Of a DNA stretch of 64,000 bases, positions 1-13,600 are shown piece after piece. Under the pieces are notes generated by a model. That model was not told the origin of the DNA. It saw only the letters and a list, made by a program, of their open reading frames with translations, and made no database searches. The position numbers and the translations under genes are program-made. Each line of letters starts with the position of its first letter. Within the stretch, counting starts at the first letter, position 1. The DNA is from Octopus vulgaris (taxonomy: Eukaryota), in contig OX597831.1 in assembly GCA_951406725.2 (NCBI GenBank), forward strand, positions 2,418,001-2,482,000, read 5' to 3'.

Positions 1-150
1 CCCTGAGGATGGCTACAAATAAGTAGTGATGATCAACCTTACTGAAAGTTTTTAGTTGATCCCATTTTATCAAAATCCCATCAAATTCAGATTTGTTACC
101 CACACTCTCTATGCTATTCTATATTTTTGAGATGAGAATATGACAAAATT

Positions 151-704
151 TGTGTGTACTCTATCCCATGCAGTTGTGGTAGGTTAGACAAAGGCGAAAC
201 ATTCCACTGACCCACACTGTAGGAACATTGTAAAGTTGTGACACTAGGGGATGTTAAAAAATCAGGTATAGCCGATCATGTATGGAAAAACAGAAACCAT
301 ATCCCACTGTGGGATGAAGTCAAAATAATCAACAGAGAACACCACTGGAAAATACGAAAATTAAAAGAGGCTGCATAGATGCTAGGATACAATAACCTCC
401 TAAGCAGACCTAGTGCAGATATGACTGTAATATAGGAATCAGTATTAAGAAACAATAAAATACTAGGTTTATAAGCCCTAAAATTCACTCTATAATTGCC
501 CACACACATATAGCATAGTGGATAAGCGTACAAGCTACCGACCCTCAGATTCTAAGCTTAATCTCAGGCAGGGACTTGAAAAAAAAAATAGTATAAACGG
601 AAAAATAACATCAGCAACATACCTTAGGAATGAGAACAGTGTACCCCATTAGACAAATAAAGGGTTGGGTTTGAAATTCCACAAGAACACCTGATGAAGG
701 CTGG
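151..704 (+). mobile_element. Penelope-like element 3' fragment (decayed GIY-YIG endonuclease and 3' flank)
   Basis: Interrupted translation CVYSIPCSCGRLDKGET...EH...KSGIADHVWKNRNHIPLWDEVKIINREHHWKIRKLKEAA. Ends at a truncated hammerhead half, AACAC-CTGATGA-AGGCTGG (686-704). Confidence 0.8.
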
Positions 705-2434
705 TCATTTTCATTAGCTCTAGTACTTAACTCATCATCATCATTTTACATCCATTTTCCATACTGGCATGGGTTAGATGGTTTGACCAGTGCTGGTAAG
801 CCAGAGTTCTGCACCAGGCTCCAGTCATCTGTTTTGGCTTAGTTTCTATCACTAGATGCTCTTCCTGATGCCAACCAGGATGTTTTTTACATGCCACCGA
901 CAAGGGTGCCTTTCACATGTCACTAGCACAGGTGCCTTTTAGGTGTCACCAGCATTGGCCATGACCATGATTTCACTTAGCTTGATGTGTCTTCTTGAGC
1001 ACAGCAAATCACCAGATGTCTCAGTCACTACTCCTGTGAAGGATTGTCTTTACTTTTAATGTTCTCTGCAAGAATAAAAGGCAAAGTTGGTGTTGAAGGA
1101 ATTTGAATAGAATCTGAAATTAGCCATGGAACTGAGAAAACTGAAGGACATGGGTGTAAAATTCATTCCTTTTGTAACAGAAGCTCCGAGAACATTTGCT
1201 AACCTAGTGAGACTTCTATCTAAATATGACCAGGACGACCTGTTGCAATTTGTCCTAGTTCTCATTTGCACTTTTGAAAAAACAAGGCAAAAACCTGGTT
1301 AGACAGTTTGAATTGACCAAGAAGGTATGTGAGTTTTTGCATTCCCATCTTCTATCATTCACTCTCACACTGTCCCTGCAGGCATCCAAAATTCCATCCC
1401 AGTTTCCCACTGTCACTAATGAGCAATGTTCCTAGAAACAGTTCTTAATAACTGAAGAAATCAAATCTGCCTGCTCCAGTTGGAGCATAAATGGCCCACC
1501 ACTTTCCTTCATTGCTGCTCACCACAACCACTGATTCAAATTCCAGGTCTCAGAAAACTGTATAATAATTGTAATGCTTCGATTGTAGTTATTGTTCAAT
1601 CCTTAGCGAGCTCAGATCTTGTAGGTCTATGATCAAATATATTCCAGCCATGACCATCTCATCTTTTATTTTGACATAGTGTATCAAAAATTTATCATCA
1701 TCGTCATCTTCCTGTGTCTTGTACAACCATTCATTGAGGTGCTATTCTAAATGTGCTGACAGTCAGGAATTGCCACTGATCTCTGCTGTTCATCATATAC
1801 AGAAGGGCCGCTGTTCTAGTCCTTAATATTGTTTGTTCCTTCTCGAGCCATGCCTGGCTCATAAGGACCGGTTTCCCAGTTTCCTTGGTGTATATGTTCC
1901 CCACCTGGACGGGACACTGGTCCGTCGCAGGTGATCTGCAAGATGCAGGAGGAAAGAGTGAAAGAGTCAGCAGAAGTTTGCCGTTACCTTCTACTGGATC
2001 CGCATGGAGCTTAGGTGTTTCGCTCATAAACACACACATCGCCCGGTCTGAGATTCAAACCCGCGATCCCTCTGCGAGTCCGCTGCTCTAACCACTAGGC
2101 CATGTGCCTCCAGAGTCCTTAATATTGATAGAGCAGAATTCTCTTTGTCTGTTTCTTCTTTATTTTCTTCAACTGTTCTCTGGAGAATGAATTTGAACAG
2201 AGAGTTGTGGTATCTATATCAAATGAGCTTTTGATACTTGACTGTAACAAAGAGTGCTCCCTGCTTACCATCTTATTCGGTGACTTACTGCCTGTCAAAG
2301 TTGCTGTTCTGTGATCTCTGTTTGAGATACATAGCAACCTTATAGAGACATGTGCTAAAATACCTGTTTCTTCATTACATATCAGCTGTACAGCTCCAGT
2401 TTCCATACCCATACTGAAGGATCGAAGCCATTAA

Positions 2435-2654
2435 CCCTTTCATTACTGTATTTATTTTGAGATGCTCTGTGTTTCTTTCAATTACTTTAAATATAACAAA
2501 GAACTTAGTAAAATAACTTAGTTATCATTCAGCTAGTGTTAGGAACGTAAATTGTAACTAAGGTTTGGTGGAAGATTTTAATTCAAACCTTATGAAAACA
2601 AGACATTTGTACTCAGAGCCAGAGCCGGTTTCAGCCGGGTTGGTAATGAAAGGG
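2435..2654. mobile_element. piggyBac-type MITE family A (further copies 11151-11371, 37987-38189, 41348-41567)
   Basis: TTAA|CCCTTTCATTAC...GTAATGAAAGGG|TTAA. Four highly similar copies of about 200-220 bp. Confidence 0.85.
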
Positions 2655-3407
2655 TTAAGAACTTATACATTTTGAGTTTCATTGAAAAGCTAATGGGAAG
2701 TATCTTTTCAATATAACATTCATTTTCATTGTTGCAGCTAAGGCCAGGTCATGTCTTGTTTTTATAAGTTGATAGCAGACATACCTGGCATTGCTCGGAA
2801 TTTAAATGGATTAGTTTGTATATATGGTACAGTTAAGTTGAAATATGTGATACGGGGAAGAGCAGCATTGACGACAAAACATTTTTTGAGTAAATGAAGG
2901 GCTAATTTAACTAAGTGACATGCCATGTGTCTGTCTGGAAGATTTCAGTCCCTAACTTTGTCATGGAAAAGTGGGTGTGTGGTATGCGATTTCTGAATGC
3001 ACCAAAAAGCTCTCAGTGGATATACTCTCCTTTGTAGCTATCGACGCTGCCACCACCATGCTGAACAATCAACTGACATAGGAACTGCAGCTATGTGATA
3101 AATTAAGCCTGTGGGCATGCTCAACAGTGCCACATGAGGGAAATCTACATGAAAGAAATGATGTAGTAAGTGGGGGTGGATTAGCTGAAGCTGTTGATGT
3201 AGCATTCCTGGCCAGGTGAATACCATGCAGCTCATTGCTCTTGCAGTAGTTAAACCTCTCCTATTCATTATAGCCCTACAGGCCATCACAAATGACTGTA
3301 AGACTGGCTGTCCACGGGAACTCCTATATGCTGGTGATCAAATTATCATCAGTATGGCTGAAACAAATAAAAGAATAAAAAATATATAAATATAGATAAA
3401 TTGTAGT

Positions 3408-4146
3408 TGTGATACCTGTGCCGGTGGCACGTAAAAAGCACCATCCGAATGTGGCCGATGCCAGCGCCGCCTTGACTGGCTTCTGTGCCAGTGGCACATG
3501 ACCTGCTGTGCTTGAGGAGACCTATTGAGTCAAGTACCTCAACATCAAAATAAATATCAAATGGAAATTGTAGTTGTGATACCTGTGCCAGTGGCATGTA
3601 AAAAGCACCATGCGAATGTGGCCGATGCCAGCACCGCCTTGACTGGCTTCTGTGCCGGCGGCACGTAAAAAGCACCAACCAATCGTGGCAACTGCCAGCC
3701 TCCCCTGGCACCTGTGCCGGTGGCATGTAAAAAGCACCCACTACACTCTCGGAGTGGTTGGCATTAGGAAGGGCATCCAGCTGTAGAAACACTGTCAGAT
3801 CAGACTGGAGCCTGGTGCAGCCTCCTGGCTTCCCAGACCCTGGTTGAACCGTCCAACCCGTGCTAGCATGGAAAACAGACGTTAAACGATGATGATGATA
3901 GATATAGTAAAAAACACCATTCAAGCGTGGTCGATGCCAGTGCTGGCTGACTGGTCCCGTGCTGGTGGCATGTAAAAGGTACCCACTACACTCTCAGAAT
4001 GGTTGGTATTAGGAAGGGCATCCATCTGTAAAAACCTTGCCAGATCAGACTGGAGCCTGGTGCAACCTCCTGGCTTACCAGTCCTCAGTCAAACCATCCA
4101 ACCCATGCCAGCATGGAAAGCGGACGTTAAACGATGATGATGATGA
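3408..4146 (+). mobile_element. Tandem SINEs of the (GAT)n-tailed family with internal GTGCCGGTGGCACGTAAAAAGCACC units
   Basis: Body TGGTTGGCRTTAGGAAGGGCATCCAGC...CCAACCCATGCTAGCATGGAAA...(GAT)n. Further copies near 732, 11680, 12535, 21730, 23320, 26735, 27595, 29567, 38720, 40270, 43285, 53750 and 55625. Confidence 0.85.
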
Positions 4147-4367
4147 TGTCAATCCAGGCAAAATACTTGACAAGCTCTCTGTTAATGCAAATGCATCAGG
4201 CTAACAAAATGTTTTTAGATTAGTAAAGAACTCCAGGTAATCTTAAGGCAAGGTCCAATGTTGAAGTCCATCACCAGTCAATTTTGTCAATCCATGGTGG
4301 CATTCACCAATTAAACAGGTCTTTTTCATAGAGTGATATACACGAAAGACACAAATAATGAGCTTTA

Positions 4368-5758
4368 CGAGGAGTGTTCATTAAAGATTTCCTCCTAACC
4401 CACTTCCGGTTATTACAGAAAACGGAACTTGTACAGGTATAATCATACATGTCTCTGCATGTCACATTGTAAATAGTATTCATTTGTCTTTTACGGCTGC
4501 TGAAGTGAACTAAGGTATTATAATGGAGGCAGCAGTGAGGGCGCGTGGCTTAGTGGTTAGGGCATTCGGCTCAACGTTAATTTCACAAGCAAGCTGTTCC
4601 GTTGATCGTATCAGCTGGGACCCTCATCGTCATAACCGGCGGAGTCTTTAAATGGAGGCAGTTGAATGTAGATCAGTGATCAGGTTATTAAACTTGAATC
4701 GTCATACACCAAAAGAGACTTTTAATGAGATGAAAGAAATTTACAGTAACGATGCACCATCATACTATGTAGTCAAGTACTGGCATCGCCAGTTCAAATG
4801 TGGTCGAACATTGGTGGAAACTGCTCCTATTCCTGGATGACCACATTCCACCATTGATGACGACACCATCCGTAAAGTGGCATACACCATTTTGGAAGAT
4901 TGCCACATAACTATTTGGTAACTAGCTCCAAGAAGTGAAGATAAATGTAGGATCCATGGTAAAAAATCAATCATTCACAACCATTTGCATATACAGAACT
5001 TGTGTTCTGGATTCCTCGGATGCTCACACCTTTTCGGAAGCAGGAATGAGTCAGATGCACCCAGGCTCTTTTGGCAATGTGCCAAGAAAGTAAGGAGGAC
5101 TTTTTTGGCAGACTTATCACACAGGATGAAACATGGGTCCATCACTATGATCCTGAGACTAAAGTCCTGTAGAAGCAATGGAAGCATGATAACTCACCAC
5201 CTCCAGAGAAGGCTCGTGTCCAACCCATAGCAGGCAAGGTGGTGCTCACAGTCTTTTGGGATCGGCACAGAGTAGTGATGATGGATTTTCTGGCAAAGGG
5301 CACCACAATTAACAGGGCATATTATGCTTCTCTGCTGCAGAAATTGCAGGGTACCATCAAAGCAGAGAGGTGTGGCATGCTGACCAAAGGGGGCCGTCTC
5401 CTCCAAGACAATGCCCCAGTTCACGATGTGCATGTTGCCCAGATGAATGCACACTCCTGCAGCTATGAAATCCTTCCTCATCCCTCTTACTCCCCTGACC
5501 TCACACCATCTGACTACCACCTCTTTGCAACCATGAAGTATTCTTTGAAGAGGAAGCACTTTTTGGAGGTAAAGTCCTGGCTCCAGATGCAACCTACCAA
5601 CTTCTACAGACAAGGTCTTCATATCTGCATAAAGCAATGGAAGAAGTGTGTCACCATTGGTGGTAGTTATGTAGAGAAGGACTAATAATTATGCCAAGTT
5701 TTGTTTATCCTAGTCTCTGGAAAGTGGGTCAGAGGAAATATTTAATGAACACCCCTTA
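4368..5758 (+). mobile_element. Full-length decayed mariner (DD34D) transposon
   Basis: TA-flanked TIRs (CGAGGAGTGTTCATTAAAGATTTCCTC / GAGGAAATATTTAATGAACACCCCTTA). Frameshifted transposase with WIPRML, DETWVHHYDPETK, DNAPVH and YSPDLTPSDYHLF motifs. Confidence 0.93.
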
Positions 5759-6208
5759 TACATATTTCTTTATTTATGAATCTCTGACTTAAAACTGTTT
5801 CTGATATGCATTATAGCTGCATCAATGGTTCTTTTTACTCAATTTGTCTATTGATTAACCGAAAAAAATTGAATAACCTCAATAAATGCTATCATCATTG
5901 GAATCTGCACATTGAACAAGTGAGAGAGAGGGAGGGAGGTAGTGAATTAGTAGCTGTTAGAATATTGGATAGACTATCCTGCAATATTTGTAATAGTCAA
6001 GGCAGCGTGCTGACAGAATCATTAGTATGCTGGGCAAAATGCTTAGTGGCATTTTGTCTGTCTTCACATTCTGAGTTCAAATTCCTTAGCATTTTATCCC
6101 TTCAGGGTCAATAATATAAGTACCAGTTGAATACTGGAGTCGGTGTAACCAACTTATCCCTTCCCTTAAATTGCTGGCCCTGTGCCAAAATTTGAAACCA
6201 ATGTTTGT

Positions 6209-6590
6209 AGTGGCTTTGTGGTAAGGTAAGTAGCTTGCTTACCAACCACATGATTCCGGGTTCAGATCCCACTGCGTGGCACTTTGGGCAAGGGTCTTCT
6301 ACTATAGCCTCGGGCCGACCAAAGCCTTGTGAGTGGATTTGGTAGACAGAAACTGAAAGAAGTCTGTTTTATATATTATATGTGTGTGTCTGTGTTTGTC
6401 CCCCAACATCGCCTCATAACCGATGCTGGTGTGTTTACGTACCCATAACTTAGCGGTTCGACAAAAGAGACAATAGAATAAGTACTAGGCTTACAAAGAA
6501 TAAGTCCTGTCGTCGATTTGCTCAACTAAAGGCAGTGCTCCGGCATGGCCGCAGTCAAATGACTGACACAAGTAAAAGAGTAAAAAAAAA
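6209..6590 (+). mobile_element. tRNA-headed SINE family with internal microsatellite (copies at about 13750-14125, 15765-16165, 42840-43190, 60685-61035, 63735-63900)
   Basis: Head GTGGC..TGTGGTAAG...GGTTCAG.CCC with A/B-box-like motifs. Conserved body CAAAGCCTTGTGAGTGGATTTGGTAGAC and tail AAGTAAAAGAGTAAAA. Confidence 0.8.
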
Positions 6591-7450
6591 AGTAAAATAG
6601 TACTTCTTCTCGCTGAGTTGTGCTGAGGTTAACTTTACCTTCTTTCCTTCCATATTGGGTTCATTAATATATACCAGTCTGGTGAGGCACTCTTTCCCTC
6701 TCACCAAAACTGCACTCTGTCTCTTCTTCTGCATCAAGGATAGTGGGGTCAGGGAGGTGTCTGCATCTGCTTATGACTGTATGCGCTTCAAGAAAACCAT
6801 TAATCGAAGCATTGTAGTTGTTGATACCAAGGCATTCATTATAAAAGAGTGGTGGCTTGTAAATAAAGGTTGGCAATAAAAAGGGTATCCAACCGTAGAG
6901 AATCTGCCTCGACAAATTCCATCTGACCTATGCAAACGTGGGAAAGTGGATGTGAAAATGATGATCATACATTTATATAGATAATGATGTACACATGCAC
7001 ATATATGTTTACAAACATGCATACATATATACAAACACAAGCATATATATATATATCTTTACACCAACACCTACATACACACACACACACTTATAAACGC
7101 GTTTGCATGCATACATAGAAACACATATATGTATTACATAAATACATCTGCGCAAACACCTACACGCACGCACACACAGATACACACACACAAGATTACT
7201 ATCGCCATCACAACCTTTCCAGTGCTGGGTAATGTGTCAGTTGACATTTTGTGTTTGTGTTAAACATGTCTTGGACTCCATTCTGTAACAGTACAAAGGT
7301 TTCTCCATCAAATGGTCTTTCATGGTTTTAAAGATTGAGATAAGAAAATAATGAAAATGTTGCTAGATTCCTTTTGCATGCAGTTATAAAATACCAATTT
7401 ATTTCTGTTATTGCACGGTTTAGTTAAATATCAAATCTAATGAGTGAAGA

Positions 7451-7570
7451 TGTTTAAATGACGGCCTTTTTTTACTTACTTGTTTAAATGACGGCCTTTT
7501 TTTTCTTGTTTAAATGACGGCCTTTTTTTTTCTTACTTGTTTAAATGACGGGTGTTTTTTTTCTTAGTTG
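7451..7570. repeat. Short tandem array (TGTTTAAATGACGGCC-Tn) x4
   Basis: Four units of about 27-31 bp that differ mainly in T-run length. Confidence 0.85.
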
Positions 7571-8049
7571 TTTACTGATAGGAGGATGATCTGGGTGTTT
7601 TTGGCAAAGATTGTTTTTGTTTGTAATTTTTCCTTCAGTTTTTTCTTCTTTAACCTTAAATTCTAACTTCAACAACAACTCTTGTTTTTAATGACTTGTT
7701 TTTTTTTTAAATTCCCTTATTGTGTCCTTTTTATTTATTTATTTTTTACTCATATTTAAATTTTTATATTTACTTCCCCTTTTTGTTAGTCGTCGATTAT
7801 TCTTTATTTAATTAATTTTTTATTCCTTTATTTCTTTCCTAAGTTTTTGTTATATTTGTCTTCTTTGTTCTTTTATTCTTCTTTTTTATTCCTTTATTTT
7901 CATCTTTTTTATTTTCATTTTCTCCTTTCATTTTTTTCTTTCTCCTTTCTCTCCTTATTTTGATGCATATATCTCCCTACCACATGCACACACACTCACG
8001 CACACACAAATTTACATCTATATAATATGTGTGGTTTTCATCCACTCAC

Positions 8050-8181
8050 AACCATGGAGAGGTGTTGAACCTCTTGCTCATCTTTAATACAGGATGTTCA
8101 CAAAAACACTCCCAGCTGTGTTGCTGTGGAGTGGTGACCATTGTGGATTTCTTTGCATTCACAGCAAGGATGGGAAATCAC
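8050..8181 (-). CDS. Candidate start-codon exon of an unidentified minus-strand gene
   Basis: Strong acceptor ttttcttttattttcag and donor gtgagt bracket 132 nt of unique sequence. One frame runs from an ATG through the donor (MVTTPQQHSWECFCEHPVLKMSKRFNTSPW-, phase 2). I do not recognise the protein. Confidence 0.4.
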
Positions 8182-8494
8182 CTGAAAATAAAAGAAAATA
8201 TTATTGTTTGTGAAGCTGTGGACACCATATTTATCAATATATTTGAATTACTTTAGATATCACAATGTCATGAAATCAAGGAGTGTTTTTGTGGATACCT
8301 TGCTTTTAACTGTGCATATATCAGCAGATGAGAACCCTTATTAACATCAATAGAGAAGATTTATAGAAAATGTATTATAATTAATTTATTTACTTAGTTT
8401 GTATCTATAAAAACTGATACCTGGTATTAACTAAAGGAATATTGAAGTTATAGGATATGCTAACTATATATTAATTATAAACTAAGAGGTATAA

Positions 8495-8740
8495 CATAAC
8501 CTTATCCACCCATTTCTCTGAAAGGAGTATGCCTACACCCCCTGCACCATCCATGTTACCTTGCCAGAAAAATTTGTACCTATGTGCCTTGCCTGTGAGG
8601 ACCTTTGCTGAAGCTCCTCTCCATCTTAACTCTTGTATGCAGCACACATCAACCCGTCTCCTTTCAAGCATCTCTACAATCTCACTAGACCTACCTTTCA
8701 TTGTGCCATTGACAGTGCCAACTCTGAAAACTGGGAAGGG
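8495..8740 (-). mobile_element. RTE-type LINE fragment, AP endonuclease N-terminus
   Basis: FRVGTVNGTMKGRSSEIVEMLERRRVDVCCIQELRWRG...KFFWQG...GGVGILL carries the APE N-terminal motifs. Confidence 0.88.
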
Positions 8741-8825
8741 AATGTGGGTGAAGTTTGGGGAGGAGGGATGTTAATCAGCACCTGAAAAGGAGAGGGTTGT
8801 TGTGATGGTGTTCGTTTGTTAGGCA

Positions 8826-9802
8826 TGTATGTATATTTATATGTATATATATGTGTGTGTGTGTGTATGTGTGTCTGTGTATGTGTATATATGTATATAT
8901 ATATGTGTGTCTGTATATGTGTATATATATGTATATATATGTGTGTGTGTATGTATATATGCATATATATATGTGTGTGTATATATATGTGTGTGTGTGT
9001 ATATATATATATGTGTGTGTGTATATATATATATGTGTGTGTGTGTGTATATATGTATATATGTGTGTGTGTGTGTATATATGTATATATGTGTGTGTGT
9101 ATGTATATATGTATATATATGTGTATGTGTATATATGTGTGTGTGTATATGTATGTGTATGTGTATATATGTGTGTGTGTATATGTATGTATATGTGTAT
9201 GTATATATGTGTATATGTGTATATGTATTTATGTGTATATATATGTGTATATGTATTTATGTGTATATATATGTATATATGTGTATATGTATATGTATTT
9301 ATGTGTATATATATGTGTATATGTATATGTATTTATGTGTATATATATGTGTATATGTATATGTATTTATGTGTATATACATGTATATATGTGTATATGT
9401 ATATGTATTTGTGTATATACATGTATATATGTGTATATGTATATGTATTTATGTGTATATACATGTATATATGTGTATATGTATATGTATTTATGTGTAT
9501 ATACATGTATATATGTGTATATGTATTTATGTGTATATACATGTATATATGTGTATATGTATATATATGTATGTGTATATATTTATATGTATGTGTATAT
9601 ATTTATATATGTGTGTATATATATAAATATTATGTATATGTATGTATATGTATATGTGTTATGTGTGTGTGTGTGTATATATGTATGTATATGTATATAT
9701 ATATGTGTGTGTGTATATGTATGTATGTGTGTGTGTATATATGTATGTATGTATGTGTGTATATATGTATGTATGTATGCATGTGTATATATATATATAT
9801 AT
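8826..9802. repeat. ~1 kb compound (TA/TG) microsatellite-minisatellite
   Basis: Alternating purine-pyrimidine runs with higher-order units of about 30-36 bp between 9220 and 9560. Confidence 0.95.
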
Positions 9803-10018
9803 AAGGGGATACTGAAAAGTTCCTGGCTGTAACTGTATAGTGAAATGACCTGGTTGGAGCTCCAACCTACCAAATTTGTTCACAAGGCCTAGATAAACTG
9901 AAGGACCACTACAATAAGTGTGTGAATCTGAGGGGGGATATGTTAAATAAAATCATATTTAACTGATTGTCCTGTATTTGTTTTTACCTAAAGCCAGGAA
10001 TCTTTCAGCAACTTTTCA
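9803..10018. mobile_element. Mariner-type MITE (related copies at about 33485-33697 and 45082-45282)
   Basis: Inverted ends ...CTGAAAAGTTCCTGGCT / AGCCAGGAA..TTTCAGCA and shared interior CTGAAGGACCAC...GTGAATCTGAG. Confidence 0.7.
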
Positions 10019-10310
10019 TGTGTGTATGCATATATATATATATATATATATATATACTCTTTACTCTTTTACTTGTTTCAGTCATTTGACTGCGGCCATG
10101 CTGGAGCACCACCTTTAATCGAGCAACTCGACCCTGGGACTTATTCTTTTGTAAGCCCAGTACTTATTCTATCGGTCTCTTTTGCCGAACCGCTAAGTAT
10201 ACACACACACAAGCTCTTCTTTCATTCACTGTTTATCTTTTCCATTTGTCTCCTTCCTTCCTGTATCTTTCCCATCATTCACTCCAATTTACTGCTCTAT
10301 ATATTGACAT

Positions 10311-10621
10311 GTGGAGGTGCAATGGCCTAGTGGTTAGGGCAGCGGACTCACGGTCGTAGGATCGCGGTTTCGATTCCCAGACCGGGCGTTGTGAGTGTTT
10401 ATTGAGCGAAAAACACCTAAAAGCTCCACGAGGCTCCGGCAGGGGGTGGTGGCGATCCCTGCTGTACTCTTTCGTCACAACTTTCTCCCACTCTTTCTTC
10501 TGTTGGCCTGCTCGCTTAGCCAGCGTGGTGGCATCATTCAAAGTCTAAAACAATGCGAAGCGCATTGTGACCAGCGATGTGTAACAACATCTGATGGCCT
10601 GGTCAGTCACGTGATCACGTG
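10311..10621 (+). mobile_element. tRNA-derived SINE with 12-bp TSD
   Basis: A box TGGCCTAGTGG and B box GTTTCGATTCC. TSD ATATATTGACAT at 10299-10310 and 10622-10633. Confidence 0.9.
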
Positions 10622-13600
10622 ATATATTGACATACACTGACCATGTAATATTTGATTTCTTTTCCCCCCAACTCATCTCTCTGTAATATTGAATAGAAAT
10701 TATGAGTGTCACATTATTGATTTACGTTTTCTGATTGGTTATCTGTTTAATAAGTATATATATGATACTCCAGAGATTCTTTGCCAATACAACGAAATGA
10801 ATATTTTAAAACATATCACAGCATGAGTGTGTAATTAAAATGTTTGCTTTGCATTCTTATGTGTAATTAAAATGTAGATCTTGATCTGATTTCATTGCAC
10901 AATATCTTAGGTATGCACTTCCACTACAGCCTTGATTTAAGCCACAGCTTTGTGTAAAAATATTTGATTGCTGGAAACTGTGTAGAAGCCTGTTTGATGC
11001 ATGTACATATGAATGTGTGTGTGCGTGTGTCTGTGTGTGTGTGTGTGTGTGTGTAATGTACTGTTTAGTGATAGAAAATTCAACAAAAAAATTACTCCAT
11101 CTGGTGAGAGATAAATATAATTTATTCAAAGGTCACAAAACATGTATTAACCCTTTCGTTACCATATTTATTTTGAGATGCTCTGTGTTATTTTCAATTA
11201 TTTTAAATATAACAAAGAATTTAGTAAAATAACTTAGTTATCATTCAGCTAGTGTTAGGAATATAAATTGCAACTAAGGTTTGGTGGTATATTTTGATGC
11301 AAAACTTATGAAAACAAGACATTTGTACTACAAAGCCAGAGCCGGTTTTGGCCGGGTTAGTAACAAAAGGGTTAGTGCTACTAATAGTTTCATATGTCGA
11401 GAAAAGAAAAGCATCATTCTGCAGGCACAAACCACATATCATAACGAACTAAAATAATTGAATAATAGAAGAAACATGAAAAAAACTGAGAAGGCAGCAT
11501 ATAGGAAACTCAGAAAGTAAACAATGGAAAACGAAAATACAAAAACTAAAATGTAAAAAACAGAGTAAAAAGGTAAAAGAGCTATCCTCCTTTGACTTTA
11601 AATGATTATGTTGGAAAGATATCAAGCCAGTTAGGAATAGGTGGAATTAATATTTAGGGTGGCAGTAACTTCTGCCTTCATCATCATCATCATCATCATC
11701 GTTTAAAGTCCACTTTCCATACTAGCATGGGTTGGACGGTTTGACCAGGATCTGGGAAGCCAGGAGGCTGCACCAGGCCCCAATCTGATCTGGCAGTATT
11801 TCTACAGCTGGATGCCCTTCCTAATGCCAACCACTCCTTGAGTGTAGTGGGTGCTTTTTACGTGCCACCAGCACAGGGTCCAGGGGAGGCTGGCAACAGC
11901 CACGATCGGTTGGTTTCTATGGATGGATATCCTTCCTAATGCCAACCACTTTATAGTGTGTACAGTGTACCATTTTCATGCCTCTGGCACTTGTGAAGCC
12001 ACCAAGTAACTTGGATGGAAAGAAAAGTACAGGAAAATGGATAAGGAAAATGTACCCCCACTCCCCAACTGAGGTAAGGGAAATATTTGAGGGAGGTGGG
12101 GTTATGCCAAGAGTTGAGATCCTGAAGTATGATAGAAGGACAAGCAAAAGTGCTTTGCCATAGAGGTACATGGAACTATGCCACATTATATAAGGGTGGG
12201 TGAGAGTAACTGGAAAATAGATAGAGACAGTAGTAACGGGATGCCAGAGCATCTCAAAATATGAGAAGATGAGTATAAAAGAGGATAGAGACAGTGGATA
12301 AGAAGGTAGAGGAAGGATCAAATATCACAGAATAAGTTGCAGAATGTCAAACAAAAAATATTGGTTACATCACTCTGATCAAATTTCTATTTTGTCCTTA
12401 TGGGCTCATTAAAAAATAAGTCATATACAACTACTGGGTGTTGGTATAATTGATTGAAGCTTGTGCCCCCAGTATGGCAGCAATTCAGTGTCTGAAACCA
12501 CTGATGGAGTAAATGAATAAATTAAAATACGGTTCCGTGCCGGTGGCACATAAAAAGCATCCACTACACTCTCAGAGTGGTTGGCGTTAGGAAGGGCATC
12601 CAGCTGTAGAAACTCTGCCAGATCAAGATTGAAGCCGGGTGCAGCCATTTGGTTCGCCAGCCCTCAGTCAAATCGTCCAACCCATGCTAGCATGGAAAGC
12701 AGACATTAAACGATGATGGTGGTGGTGGTGGTGGTGGTGGTGGTGGTGGTGGCGGCGACGGTGTGTGTGTGTCCCCATTAGCAATGCTCATTTGTTGAGC
12801 AACCAGAGTCAAGCTTTTTATCCCTCTTGATGTAATTCTTTGAAGTCTAATGTCATATGTACTTGATTATGTCAGTTTTTAATGCTGTGATTAGCAGAAA
12901 TAAGTAAATATATAAATAAATAATGTTCAGCAGTAATCAAGTAGTGTTTTACGATACCTCAGCTGTTCCACCAGAATAGAACTCATCATTCTCATAATTG
13001 CAGCTACATGTAATCATCTGTTCATGTTATAACTAGCAACATCATACGAAATCCTGGTACATTTCTTATGAAGATTTGGAACCCTTTTTTCAGCACCAAT
13101 AATATTACGTTCTGTACTCAATACAAATAGAGATTTCTTTCATGGATAATTGTTGAATCCAAACAAAAGGAAATCAATATATCCATTAGCTACACTAACA
13201 GGAGTGTTTGATTCAGTTTAAAGCTTATGTCGTTGCCTTTGATCGATAATTGTTGAAATCCTCAACGGCATTCGCACTTCCTGTGTACATTTATTTAGAT
13301 TTTGTTCAGCATTGGTTTCTGGCAACGACATACAAAAGCTGAATTGCACCTCCTATTTTATCTTATCATTTACCCATTCTTTCCGCAGTTTGTCTAGTAA
13401 TTGTGACGTGATTAACTGAAAAATACATATGTGTTGTAGTGTCTCAAAGTGCTTTTAAAGGACTCAGCTTGACCCAGGTTTCTTAATGTCAATTTGACAA
13501 GAAATAAGTCTCCTCCTTAAAGAGGATGCTAGCTTTTCACAAATAGCACTACCAAGTACAACTTAGGTGATCAAACTAAAGTGACCTAACCAGTAATAAA

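Noticed and set aside
686-704. Functional hammerhead
   Set aside because: Only CTGATGA and the 5' side of stem II remain. GAAA and the cleavage site are missing.
3415-3740. Repeat-spacer-like array with a palindromic repeat
   Set aside because: Internal SINE tandem units. The spacers are homologous to each other and recur in dispersed copies.
5239-5685. Active or domesticated transposase (SETMAR-like)
   Set aside because: Multiple stops and frameshifts, no SET domain, and no splice linkage seen.
7451-7570. CRISPR-like repeat array
   Set aside because: No unique spacers (only T-runs), no cas genes, and eukaryotic context.
8816-9832. Long Cys/Val/Tyr/Met-rich ORFs (265-338 aa)
   Set aside because: Translations of a TA/TG microsatellite, open in several frames.
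10311-10390. tRNA gene
   Set aside because: tRNA-like head continues into a SINE body and is flanked by TSDs. The same applies to the other A/B-box heads.
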